A stretch of 64,000 nucleotides of DNA from an uncultured Oscillospiraceae bacterium (GTDB taxonomy: Bacteria; Bacillota; Clostridia; Christensenellales; CAG-314), in assembly GCA_964521735.1 (NCBI GenBank), contig CAZFTO010000004.1, forward strand, positions 8,566 to 72,565. Reading direction: 5' to 3'. Below the pieces are notes generated by a model. That model searched no databases and was not told where the DNA came from. It saw only the letters and a program-made list of their open reading frames with translations. Made by a program: the position numbers and the translations under genes. Positions 9,095 to 18,271 of the stretch are shown one piece after another. Each line of letters begins with the position of its first letter. The first letter of the stretch is position 1.

Positions 9095-9790
9095 ATGGCA
9101 AAATACGAACGCATTTTGTTGAAAGTTAGCGGCGAAGCGTTGGCAGATGCTTGCGGCAAAGGCATAGACGTTGAATCGTGCAAACGCGTTGCAGAACAAA
9201 TCAAATCGGTTGTGGATTTGGGCGTGCAAGTGGGTGTTGTTGTTGGCGGCGGAAACTTTTGGCGTGGCAGAAGTGGCAACATGGATAGGGTCACTGCCGA
9301 TAAAATCGGCATGCTTGCCACCGTTATGAACGCTTTGGCACTGTGCGACGCTTTGAATAATTGCGGTGTGAAAAGCAAAGTGTTTTCCGCCGTTACCGTG
9401 GATAAAGTCGCATCCTACAACGTGGATGAAGCTCGCTGTCTGTTGCAAAACGGTGGCGTAGCAGTGTTCGGCGGAGGCACGGGATCTCCGTTTTTCACCA
9501 CCGATACGGCCGTTGTTCTTCGCGCATGCGAAATGAACGCGCAAGCCGTGTTCCTTGCAAAGGCTGTGGATGCAATCTACGACAGCGATCCCAAACTCAA
9601 CCCCAATGCAAAGCGTTTCGACGAAATTTCTTTTGACGAAGTTATTGCCCAAAACTTGAAAGCAATGGATCTAACTGCTACGGCCATGTGCCGCGAATAC
9701 GGCATTTCTGCCGTTTGTTTCGGCAAAGACGAACCCAACGGTTTGCTAAGAATTTTGCAAGGCGAAAAACTGGGCACCGTCATTAAGTGA
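9095..9790 (+). CDS. pyrH: UMP kinase
   Basis: YERILLKVSGEAL, VVGGGNFWRG and FGGGTGSPFFTTD. Confidence 0.95.
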   Translation: MAKYERILLKVSGEALADACGKGIDVESCKRVAEQIKSVVDLGVQVGVVVGGGNFWRGRSGNMDRVTADKIGMLATVMNALALCDALNNCGVKSKVFSAVTVDKVASYNVDEARCLLQNGGVAVFGGGTGSPFFTTDTAVVLRACEMNAQAVFLAKAVDAIYDSDPKLNPNAKRFDEISFDEVIAQNLKAMDLTATAMCREYGISAVCFGKDEPNGLLRILQGEKLGTVIK

Positions 9791-9811
9791 CGTTTTTGTT
9801 GCATTTTGGTA

Positions 9812-9840
9812 TTGAATTTTGTGCCAAAATGTAGTAAAAT
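9812..9840 (+). promoter_or_regulatory. possible sigma-A promoter upstream of frr
   Basis: TTGAAT, a 17 nt spacer, then TAAAAT. Confidence 0.4.
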
Positions 9841-9899
9841 GTGCTTTGCAGCAATTATTGTTGCTTTCATCACAAAAACACAACTACAAGGAGTATTTT

Positions 9900-10475
9900 A
9901 TGAACTACGCAAATCCTCAAATAGAAGAAATATTTTTGAACTTCGAAATGGACTGTGAAAAAGCTTTGGAATATACCAAAAGCGAATATAACCTTATGCG
10001 CGCTGGTCGTGCCAATCCCAAACTTGTGGAAGGAATAAAGGTGGATTACTACGGAGCAATGACCCCCATCAATCAAATGGGCAACATTTCCATTCCCGAA
10101 CCCCGTTGTCTTGTCATCTCTTTGTGGGATAAATCCGCATTAAAGCTAGTGGAAAAGGCAATTTTGGCAGCCAACATTGGCGTAACGCCGCAAAACGACG
10201 GCACAGTTATTCGTCTTACTTTTCCTGTTCTGACGGAAGAACGCCGCAAAGAATTGGTAAAACAAGTGAAAAAACTTGCAGAAGATACCAAAGTGGTGTT
10301 GCGCAATGCACGTCGCGACGCTTTGGAAGGATTAAAGAAGGAAAAGAACGCCAAAACAGTTTCGGAAGATTTAATTGCCGACTACGAAAAAGAAGTTGAT
10401 AAGCAACTTTCCAAACGCATCGAAGCTGTAGACAAACTTTCCAAAGATAAAGAAACTGACGTTATGTCGGTGTAG
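9900..10475 (+). CDS. frr: ribosome recycling factor
   Basis: The ATG at 9900 follows an AAGGAG RBS. LMRAGRANPKLVEGIKVDYYG and LTEERRKELVKQVKK. Confidence 0.95.
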   Translation: MNYANPQIEEIFLNFEMDCEKALEYTKSEYNLMRAGRANPKLVEGIKVDYYGAMTPINQMGNISIPEPRCLVISLWDKSALKLVEKAILAANIGVTPQNDGTVIRLTFPVLTEERRKELVKQVKKLAEDTKVVLRNARRDALEGLKKEKNAKTVSEDLIADYEKEVDKQLSKRIEAVDKLSKDKETDVMSV

Positions 10476-10478
10476 TTT

Positions 10479-10679
10479 ATGCTCAACACAAAAGAACTTA
10501 TCGGACTTGAAGTTTGCCAAGCCGCAGCTCAATTGGAGCAAGCAGGTATAACAAACTTCAAGTTTGTTTATTATACGGATAGAAGACAAGTTGAGTTTGA
10601 CAAGGAGATAGTAACGGCGGCAAATTTTGACGGCGACACGTTGAAATTGATAGTTTGTCGTTATAAATTTGATGTTTAA
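10479..10679 (+). CDS. 66-aa stand-alone PASTA-like domain protein (hypothetical)
   Basis: ELIGLEVCQAAAQLEQAGITNFKFVYY...GDTLKLIV follows the PASTA pattern (GL..A...L...G, then a beta hairpin). Its stop overlaps the uppS start (TAATG), which suggests translational coupling. The RBS is weak. Confidence 0.45.
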   Translation: MLNTKELIGLEVCQAAAQLEQAGITNFKFVYYTDRRQVEFDKEIVTAANFDGDTLKLIVCRYKFDV

Positions 10680-11368
10680 TGAATGCAGTTAATCACGTTG
10701 CAATAATAATGGACGGCAACGGCAGATGGGCTCAGAGCCGTGGCAAGCGCCGCGTAGAAGGGCACAAAGCCGGGTTGAAAACAGCAGAACGCATAATAAA
10801 CTTTTCGTTGCAAAAGGGCGTCAAGTTCATCAGTCTGTACGTTTTTTCAACGGAAAATTGGCGTCGTCCTCAATCGGAAGTGAAATCGTTGTTTTCCCTT
10901 GCCGAAAAATATCTCAATAAGTTCGCCGATTTTTGCAAAAACCGCATAAAAGTGGTGGTTTCCGGCGAGCGAGAAGGCTTGCCGCAAAGCCTTGTGCAAA
11001 AAATTCAACAAATTCAAAACGACACAAGCGGTTTTGACGGTATTTGCGTCAACTTGTGCATAAACTATGGTGGGCGCACGGATATTTGTAGCGCCGTTAA
11101 AAGGCTTATTGCCGATGGCGCAGAAGTTAACGAACAAAATTTGGCAGACAGGCTCTACAATTCCTTTTTGCCCGATCCCGACGTGATTATTCGCACCGGT
11201 GGCCACACCAGACTATCAAATTTTTTGCTGTTCCAAAGTGCCTATTCCGAGTTGTTTTTCACCGAAACACTTTGGCCAGATTTCAGCAATGAAGAGTACA
11301 ATTCCATATTGGAACGCTTTTCTTCGCGCACACGCAATTTCGGTGCGTTGCCCAAGGCAAACGGCTAG
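10679..11368 (+). CDS. uppS: undecaprenyl diphosphate synthase
   Basis: HVAIIMDGNGRWA, FSTENWRRP and IRTGGHTRLSNFLL. Confidence 0.95.
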   Translation: MNAVNHVAIIMDGNGRWAQSRGKRRVEGHKAGLKTAERIINFSLQKGVKFISLYVFSTENWRRPQSEVKSLFSLAEKYLNKFADFCKNRIKVVVSGEREGLPQSLVQKIQQIQNDTSGFDGICVNLCINYGGRTDICSAVKRLIADGAEVNEQNLADRLYNSFLPDPDVIIRTGGHTRLSNFLLFQSAYSELFFTETLWPDFSNEEYNSILERFSSRTRNFGALPKANG

Positions 11369-11388
11369 CGTTCCGTTCGGAGGATGAA

Positions 11389-12393
11389 ATGTTAAACAAA
11401 AAATCACTCATCAACCGCACGTTGGTGGGCTCTGGCGTTTTCGCAGTGATGATCGGCATGATCTTGCTGGATATATTTTTGCCAAACTATCAAAACAACC
11501 CCAACAGTTCGCAGGTCGTCAGCGGAAGAGCAATCAACGCCGTTATCATTTCCGTTTTGATTATGCTTTCCGTTTTGGAAATGCGTCGTGCAATTGGTCG
11601 CGACAGGATTCCCGATTGTTTCAGTTGGCTGCTGTGGCTCTATGCACTAGGCGTTGGCCTGTGCTACAGTTTGTTCGGTTTTGTTGGCGTTGTGTTCCTT
11701 ACGCTTATTGTGTTCGTGTGCGCAACGGTGACGGCGTTGTTCAAAAACCGTGCCGATAGCCTCATCTACATTGCGTTCATGTTGGTGTATCCCGGTTTGT
11801 TCATGGCCGCGTTGCTATATCTCAATCGTTGCGCAAGCACCTTCCCCATAACCGACCCCGACATGTTGCAATATCTCGAAACGGATATTTGGCACATTTT
11901 GGGAGAACGTCAAAGCACGCAGTTGTTGCCCTACAACGCAATTTCCCTTGCGTTTGTATTTTGCGTATCTTCGTTTACCGATATTTTTGCCTATTTTGTG
12001 GGCGGATTGTTCGGCAAACGCAAACTGTGCGAACAAATAAGCCCCAAAAAGACGATTGAAGGCGCCATCGGCGGCGTTTTTGGCGGACTTTTCGGCTCGT
12101 TCGTAGTGTTTGTTTTGTTCGATTGGCTAAAATTGTTCGGAGCGCAATTCGGATTGACTTTTTCTGGACTAAACCTTTCCCCTGTGATGGTGACAATAAT
12201 CTACGTGGTTATTGGACTTTTCGGCTCGGCAATGACGCAAATCGGCGACTTGCTTGCTAGCATGATCAAACGCTATTGTGGCATAAAGGATTATAGTCGC
12301 ATTTTGGGAGAACACGGAGGCATAATGGATAGATTCGACGGAATAATGCTAAACGCCGTTTTCGTTGCTTTCGTCTTTATGTTTGTATTGTAA
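11389..12393 (+). CDS. cdsA: phosphatidate cytidylyltransferase (CDP-diglyceride synthase), longer than usual at 334 aa
   Basis: SPKKTIEGAIGG and GDLLASMIKRYCGIKDYSRILGEHGGIMDRFD. The protein is polytopic and sits between uppS and dxr. Confidence 0.88.
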   Translation: MLNKKSLINRTLVGSGVFAVMIGMILLDIFLPNYQNNPNSSQVVSGRAINAVIISVLIMLSVLEMRRAIGRDRIPDCFSWLLWLYALGVGLCYSLFGFVGVVFLTLIVFVCATVTALFKNRADSLIYIAFMLVYPGLFMAALLYLNRCASTFPITDPDMLQYLETDIWHILGERQSTQLLPYNAISLAFVFCVSSFTDIFAYFVGGLFGKRKLCEQISPKKTIEGAIGGVFGGLFGSFVVFVLFDWLKLFGAQFGLTFSGLNLSPVMVTIIYVVIGLFGSAMTQIGDLLASMIKRYCGIKDYSRILGEHGGIMDRFDGIMLNAVFVAFVFMFVL

Positions 12394-12395
12394 TT

Positions 12396-13490
12396 ATGAA
12401 AAAAATTGCCGTTTTGGGCAGTACCGGTTCCATCGGTACTCAAACGCTAGACGTCATACGCAAAAATCCCGACAAGTTGAAAGTTTTTTCACTTGTCGCG
12501 TTTTCCAATGAGCAAAAACTTGCTCAGCAGGCCAAAGAGTTTTTGCCAAGCTATTCGGCACTTATTTCCAAAGAGGGCGCCGACTGCTTGTTGCGTGCTG
12601 TGGAAGGGTGCGACGTTGCCGTTGTGGCAACAAAGGGAATAACTGCGTTGCCTTGCGTGTTGTATTGCTTGGATCATGGCATCGACGTTGCCCTTGCCAA
12701 CAAGGAAACGTTGGTTTGCGGTGGCGAATTGGTAACTTCCCGTTTGGGAAAAGCCAAAATTTTGCCAGTGGATAGCGAACACAGTGCTATTGCTCAATGT
12801 TTGCTTGGCCGCGAAAAAGATCAGCTTTCCAAAATTTTGCTTACCGCAAGCGGTGGACCGTTTTGGAACGAAAAACATTTTTTGCACGCTGTTTCGTCAG
12901 AAGAAGCGTTGCAACACCCTAACTGGAACATGGGGGCCAAAATCACCATAGATAGCGCCACAATGATGAACAAAGCGTTGGAAGTGGTTGAAGCGCACTG
13001 GCTGTTCAACGTTCCGGTTGAAAAAATTCAAATTGTCGTGCATCCTCAAAGCGTGGTGCATTCCATGGTGCAGTTTTCCGACGGCAGCGTAATTGCGCAA
13101 ATGGCTCGTCCGGATATGCGCTTGCCAATTCAACTTGCATTGACGGAGCAAAGTGAACAAATAATTGATGAAGTCAATTTTGTCGATTTGCTCACGCTAA
13201 CTTTTCAACAATGCGATTTCAATCGTTTCCCTTGCGCAAAACTCGGTTATGAAATTCAAAACTATCCGCCCGTTTGTGCAACCATAATGAATGCGGCAAA
13301 CGACGTTTGTGTGGAAAGCTTTTTGCAAGGAAAAATGCGCTTCGATGCGTTCTATCCCACCATAATCAAAACTATCGAAAATTTTGCTTGCGCTGTGGCG
13401 GATGTTCCCGTAACGGTCGAAAACGTGTTTAAGTGGGATAAAATTGCGCGCAACTATGCTTTGAAATTGATCAGTGGAGAAATATGTTGA
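12396..13490 (+). CDS. dxr: 1-deoxy-D-xylulose 5-phosphate reductoisomerase
   Basis: KKIAVLGSTGSIGTQTLDV, LANKETLV, PVDSEHSAI and NKALEVVEAHWLF. Confidence 0.96.
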   Translation: MKKIAVLGSTGSIGTQTLDVIRKNPDKLKVFSLVAFSNEQKLAQQAKEFLPSYSALISKEGADCLLRAVEGCDVAVVATKGITALPCVLYCLDHGIDVALANKETLVCGGELVTSRLGKAKILPVDSEHSAIAQCLLGREKDQLSKILLTASGGPFWNEKHFLHAVSSEEALQHPNWNMGAKITIDSATMMNKALEVVEAHWLFNVPVEKIQIVVHPQSVVHSMVQFSDGSVIAQMARPDMRLPIQLALTEQSEQIIDEVNFVDLLTLTFQQCDFNRFPCAKLGYEIQNYPPVCATIMNAANDVCVESFLQGKMRFDAFYPTIIKTIENFACAVADVPVTVENVFKWDKIARNYALKLISGEIC

Positions 13491-14761
13491 GTTTGATTGG
13501 TTCTTTCGGCTCTGCCTTGCAGAGCATAGGGAACGTGTTGTTGGCACTCGTCATTTTGCTAGTGATGGTGCTAATTCACGAAACAGGTCACTATACCGCC
13601 GGAAAATTGCTAAAATTCAAAATTAACGAATTTGCCGTTGGAATGGGCCCCAAAATTTTGTCCAAGAAAAAGAAAAACGGCGAAGTTGTTTCGCTAAGAG
13701 TGTTGCCTTTGGGCGGCTTTTGTGCCTTCGAGGACGAAAACGGCGAAGGCACTTCGCCCGATTCCTTCAATGCGCAAAAACCGTGGAAACGCCTTATAGT
13801 GCTGTTTTCCGGTGCGTTTTTCAACTTTGTTTCGGCAATTATCATTTGCGTGATATTGTTTTGCGCCTATGGCGAAACGGTGGCAGTTGTAAACAGAGTG
13901 TACGACTATGCCCCCGCGCAAAATCAGTTGCTAGAAAGTGGCGACATAATTTATAAAATCAACGGAAAAACAGTGTTCGTGCTAGACGATATTTCTCGCT
14001 ATATGGATGACGAGATGACAATAACCGTCCTCAAATCTAACGGCGAAGAAGTTATCTACACCGGCCTTACTCGTCAATCGTTCTATTCCGTCACGGTAAA
14101 AAGTTTTTCCAAAACCTACGTTTCTGGCGGCAGGGAATTGCAAGTTGGCGATCTAATTTACAAAATCGACGGCAAATCGGTGTCGCAAAAGAACGATGCG
14201 GCTTTGTTTGCTGGGCAAGGCGAGGAAATGTTGCTAATCACAGTGGTAGCAAGCGACGGCGACTACGTCTACGAAATTGCCAAAGCAGATTTTCTAACCG
14301 ACGTGCAAATTGCCGAAACGCCCTATAACGGCATAGGAATGTCCGTTGCCTACCAAAACTATAACTTTGTGAAAGGCAAAGGGTTTGGCGTTGCATTTGG
14401 CCGAGTGTTCGGCTACTGTGCGGAAGTTGCCATGCTGGTTTTGCGCACACTTGGCGGTTTGCTTACCGGCATTGTGGGTATCGACCAAGTTGGCGGCCCC
14501 GTTTCCACGATAGTTATGACCAGTCAAGTGGTGTCCTACGGATTTTCCAGTATATTGGCAATGTTTGTGCTAATTTCCGTCAACCTTGCCGTGTTCAATC
14601 TTTTGCCCGTGCCTGCATTGGATGGCTGTCGCATGATTTTTGTGCTTATCGAATGGATTGCTGGCAAGCCGATAAACCGCAAAGTGGAAGGTTGGATAAA
14701 CACCATAGGCATCATTTTGCTGCTAGGCTTTGTGGTGTTGGTGGATTTGTTAAAACTATAA
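13484..14761 (+). CDS. rseP: RIP metalloprotease RseP/YluC (site-2 protease with PDZ)
   Basis: HETGHY (HExxH), PDZ-like repeats (GDIIYKINGK, GDLIYKIDGK) and NLLPVPALDG. Confidence 0.93.
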   Translation: MLSLIGSFGSALQSIGNVLLALVILLVMVLIHETGHYTAGKLLKFKINEFAVGMGPKILSKKKKNGEVVSLRVLPLGGFCAFEDENGEGTSPDSFNAQKPWKRLIVLFSGAFFNFVSAIIICVILFCAYGETVAVVNRVYDYAPAQNQLLESGDIIYKINGKTVFVLDDISRYMDDEMTITVLKSNGEEVIYTGLTRQSFYSVTVKSFSKTYVSGGRELQVGDLIYKIDGKSVSQKNDAALFAGQGEEMLLITVVASDGDYVYEIAKADFLTDVQIAETPYNGIGMSVAYQNYNFVKGKGFGVAFGRVFGYCAEVAMLVLRTLGGLLTGIVGIDQVGGPVSTIVMTSQVVSYGFSSILAMFVLISVNLAVFNLLPVPALDGCRMIFVLIEWIAGKPINRKVEGWINTIGIILLLGFVVLVDLLKL

Positions 14762-14806
14762 TTTTGCGCATATTTTGCAAAACGGTAGGTAAAATTCTTA
14801 TACGTT

Positions 14807-15859
14807 ATGAAAAAAATCGTAAAAAATCAAAAATTAATATTCGGAGACGGCAACGTTTCGGTGCAATCCATGACGAATTTGCCGGTTACGGACGTGGACG
14901 CAACCTGCCTGCAAATAAAAAACTTGGTTGCAAGCGGGTGTGACGTGGTGCGCATTGCTGTTCCCAACCAAAAGGCAGCGCAGGCGTTTGGCCACGTTCG
15001 CAATCAATTTCCCTCGCTACCATTGGTTGCTGATATCCACTTCGACTATCGTTTGGCGTTGGCTTCGATGGATGCCGGCGCGGATAAAATTCGCATAAAT
15101 CCCGGCAACGTGCCCGAATGGCAACTTAACGAAGTTATCGCCGCCGCAAAAGCCAACAACACAATTGTGCGTATTGGCGTAAACAGCGGATCTGTCAACA
15201 AACAATATTTGCAAGAAAACGATGGGGATAAGTGCAAAGCGCTTATTGCCAGTTTGCAAAACTACGTCAAATATTTCGAGGATAAAAATTTCACGAATTT
15301 GGTGCTGTCCGTCAAAAGCAGCGACGTGCGCGAAACGGTTCGGCTAAACCGTCTTACTTCGCAGCTTGGGTATCCGTTGCATCTAGGTGTAACGGAAGCC
15401 GGCCCAGAGGAGACGGGCTTGGTGAAAAATTGCATAGGTATTGGCAGTTTGCTGCTGGATGGTATTGGCGATACCATACGCGTTTCGTTGACGGCCGATC
15501 CCGTTCGTGAAGTTGTTGCCGGACTTAACATTTTGCGATCCATCGGTTTGCGAAAGGGCGTAACATTCGTGTCTTGTCCGCAGTGCGGCAGATGCAGCAT
15601 AAATTTGGAAGAAGTTGCCAAAGAAATTTACGAGCTAACAAAAAACGTGACGGCGCCGCTAAAAATAGCCGTTATGGGTTGCGAAGTTAATGGACCGGGT
15701 GAATGTTCCGATGCCGATTTGGGCATAGCCGGCGCCAACGGAAAAATGGTTTTGTTCCGCAAGGGACAAAAATTCAAAGTGGTGGATGCTTCTTGCGGCG
15801 TGCAAGAATTCTACCGTGAGTTTTGCACGCTAGTGGAAGAATACCAAAAACAAAACTAA
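14807..15859 (+). CDS. ispG: 4-hydroxy-3-methylbut-2-enyl diphosphate synthase (flavodoxin)
   Basis: VADIHFDYRLA, RINPGN, CPQCGRC and MGCEVNGPGE. Confidence 0.95.
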   Translation: MKKIVKNQKLIFGDGNVSVQSMTNLPVTDVDATCLQIKNLVASGCDVVRIAVPNQKAAQAFGHVRNQFPSLPLVADIHFDYRLALASMDAGADKIRINPGNVPEWQLNEVIAAAKANNTIVRIGVNSGSVNKQYLQENDGDKCKALIASLQNYVKYFEDKNFTNLVLSVKSSDVRETVRLNRLTSQLGYPLHLGVTEAGPEETGLVKNCIGIGSLLLDGIGDTIRVSLTADPVREVVAGLNILRSIGLRKGVTFVSCPQCGRCSINLEEVAKEIYELTKNVTAPLKIAVMGCEVNGPGECSDADLGIAGANGKMVLFRKGQKFKVVDASCGVQEFYREFCTLVEEYQKQN

Positions 15860-15871
15860 TTGTGGTGAAAC

Positions 15872-17512
15872 ATGATAATTGACGCACTCAACGAAAAATT
15901 CCCGCAAATGCCCGATTTGCGCGTGCGGGATATAAAGGTGGATAAGGACTCACGCAAAATTTATTGTGCCGTGAGCTATCCCGATGCGCCAAACTTATCG
16001 TCCGAAGTGGTTTCTCAGATAAAAACGGTTGTCGTTTCAACTTTCCCCAAAGGCTATCGCTACGATGTGCGTGTCGTCAACGACCGCTTCAACGAAAAAA
16101 GCTTTGCTTCGTTGCTTTTGGACGTTGTCAAAAAAAGATATCCGCTTTTTGCAAACCTAAAAAGCGATTGCTTGACGGTAAAACTAACGGGTCGTTGCAT
16201 CGTGGCAACTTTTGGTGTTAGCGAAACCACGTTACTAAACATGAAGTCGGCCAACTTTTTGTCGGAAATGAGCAAGTTTTTTGCATCGTATACTTGCTAC
16301 GACGTGCAAATTTTGGCAAACGTTGTGCAATCGGCGCACGAAGCAGATATTGCTGCGCAGGAACGATTGGTTCAACTGGCCATCAACAAAGAATTGCTAA
16401 AACCGCAACGCTATTTCAACGTTTTCGACGTGCAAAAGTGCATTGGCAAGGAAATTCCCACAAAGCCAATGTACGTTTCGGACGTGCGTTCGGCAATGGA
16501 AAACTGCGTTTTGTGTGGGAGAATTTCCGAAAAACAAATTCGCGACGTAAAAAACAATCCATCGTTGAAACTTTGCAAGTTCAACTTGACGGACGATAGC
16601 GGTGCAACCATTCCGTGTGTTACCTTCGTGCGGTTGCAAATTGACGATTTCGAAACATTGAAGCAAACGGTTGCCGACAAAACGGATGCGGAAATAATGA
16701 CAATGAGCCGCACCCGCCGTCTTTCCAACGAAAAGAAACTTAAGCTTTTTGAATTTTTGTATAACGGGCAAGAAGTTTTGTTGCGCGGAAAGGTTGCTTA
16801 TAGCGATTTTTCGCAGCGTTTGGAACTGCACTGGTACGATTTGAACAAGTGCCGCATTCAGCCGCTAAGTTCACAGCCTGTTTTCAAAAGTCAAACGCCG
16901 CAGCACTACGTGCTAGTCAGCCCAACCAAGCTAACAGAATATCGTCAAATGTCTTTTGCGCAGCTAGAAGAAAAGCCTTCCATGCTAAGCGGCAAGGATT
17001 GTGTCGTGCTGTATGCAAACACTACCGGCTATTCCGTCACGAAAGATAAAATCTACAATTTGTGCGGTGTAAAACTTACCAACGGACATCTAAGCGAAAA
17101 GTTTTCCACCTTCGTTTCGCCGGAAATTTCCCTAACCGACCAACAACTGAGCACTGCCGGCGCCACCGTTCGTTCGCTTTCCGGCAGTCCAACTTTGACG
17201 GAAATAATAGGCGATTTGTATAAGTTCGTGGGCAATGCCACTTTGGTGGGTAACGAAATTCCGAAATTGTTGGAACTGCTTAACTACTATGCTGCGCCGT
17301 TGGGCTATTCTTTCGAAAACCAAACTATGGCCTCGGCCGATTTGCTTTCGGCCCTGTTCGATGCAAGCGATTGCGACACAAAACCCAACTGCTTTGTGCT
17401 GGCCGATGTTGCCAAAGCCTTGAAGATGGATTGCAAACTGTCCGAAAGTGCCGAAGATCTTGCCGTTGCCGTTGCTACGTTTGCTTCACGCTTGGTTCAA
17501 CGCGCTCGCTAG
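15872..17512 (+). CDS. PolC-like N-terminal/OB-fold protein with a degenerate DnaQ-like exonuclease domain; no PHP or polymerase domains
   Basis: It occupies the ispG-[polC]-rimP slot. The segment IGKEIPTKPMYVSDV...CVLCGRISEKQIRDVKNNPSLKLCKFNLTDDSGATIPCVTFVR...EVLLRGKV parallels the PolC OB domain. The C-terminal part aligns to the PolC exonuclease, but DVETTG is replaced by YANTTG, HNASFD by GNEIPKL, and the H-x4-D histidine is missing. Confidence 0.6.
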   Translation: MIIDALNEKFPQMPDLRVRDIKVDKDSRKIYCAVSYPDAPNLSSEVVSQIKTVVVSTFPKGYRYDVRVVNDRFNEKSFASLLLDVVKKRYPLFANLKSDCLTVKLTGRCIVATFGVSETTLLNMKSANFLSEMSKFFASYTCYDVQILANVVQSAHEADIAAQERLVQLAINKELLKPQRYFNVFDVQKCIGKEIPTKPMYVSDVRSAMENCVLCGRISEKQIRDVKNNPSLKLCKFNLTDDSGATIPCVTFVRLQIDDFETLKQTVADKTDAEIMTMSRTRRLSNEKKLKLFEFLYNGQEVLLRGKVAYSDFSQRLELHWYDLNKCRIQPLSSQPVFKSQTPQHYVLVSPTKLTEYRQMSFAQLEEKPSMLSGKDCVVLYANTTGYSVTKDKIYNLCGVKLTNGHLSEKFSTFVSPEISLTDQQLSTAGATVRSLSGSPTLTEIIGDLYKFVGNATLVGNEIPKLLELLNYYAAPLGYSFENQTMASADLLSALFDASDCDTKPNCFVLADVAKALKMDCKLSESAEDLAVAVATFASRLVQRAR

Positions 17513-17629
17513 CGTGCATTTTGGTGGCATTTGCAATTATCAATTTTCGTTCGAAGAATTCGTCATTGCAGTTTTGCTGCAAAAATGGATAATAAATATA
17601 TAATAATATAGATTATTTTAAAAAAACCG

Positions 17630-17658
17630 TTGTCAAAGACGGTTTAGTGTGGTATACT
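17630..17658 (+). promoter_or_regulatory. sigma-A promoter of the rimP-nusA-infB operon
   Basis: TTGTCA, a 17 nt spacer, then TGgTATACT (extended -10). Confidence 0.6.
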
Positions 17659-17707
17659 AATAGCACACGGATATGCGTGGTGTATGCAAGAAACTTAATT
17701 ATTCGTA

Positions 17708-17787
17708 CACTCACCGCACGTCCTTCGCCTAGTTGAATTATTTTTGCTACGGTGAGAGTGGAGTTTTTTCTCCACTCTCAATTTTTT
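17708..17787 (+). promoter_or_regulatory. leader attenuator with alternative antiterminator and terminator structures ahead of rimP
   Basis: The terminator is tgagagtggag-tttttt-ctccactctca followed by attttttt (17753-17787). The upstream cactcaccg (17708-17716) can pair with cggtgagagtg (17750-17760), which sequesters the 5' arm of the terminator. Confidence 0.55.
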
Positions 17788-17803
17788 GGGAAAGGAGCGC
17801 AAA

Positions 17804-18259
17804 ATGGGTAAAGTTGCCGATCAGGTTTTGCAACTGGTGCAACCAATAGCAGAATCGATGAATTTGCACGTGTTGGAAGTGCTTTACGAAAAAAAATTTG
17901 ACGGAATGAATTTAACCGTCGTAATCGATAAGGAAGGCGGCGTAACAATTAACGACTGCGAAGCATTGCATCGTGCCATCGATCAGCCGCTGGACGAACT
18001 TGATCCCATCGACGTTGCCTACACGCTAAACGTTTCCTCTCCCGGCTTGGATAGGCCGCTAAAATTGGAGTGGGACTACAAGCGCAATCTCGGCAAAAAA
18101 ATCACCGTGAAATTGTATAAGCCGCTGGACGGCAAAAAAACATTCAACGGCGTGTTGGATAGCTACGATGAAAGCTCGTTCGTATTGGATACGGGCAGCA
18201 AAAAAATAACTTTTATAAAAAAAGAAACGGCGCAGGTTTTGCCGATTATTGAATTCTAG
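17804..18259 (+). CDS. rimP: ribosome maturation factor RimP
   Basis: The ATG follows an AAAGGAG RBS. It contains LNVSSPGLDRPLK and lies upstream of nusA. Confidence 0.92.
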   Translation: MGKVADQVLQLVQPIAESMNLHVLEVLYEKKFDGMNLTVVIDKEGGVTINDCEALHRAIDQPLDELDPIDVAYTLNVSSPGLDRPLKLEWDYKRNLGKKITVKLYKPLDGKKTFNGVLDSYDESSFVLDTGSKKITFIKKETAQVLPIIEF

Positions 18260-18271
18260 GAGGAAACAAAA

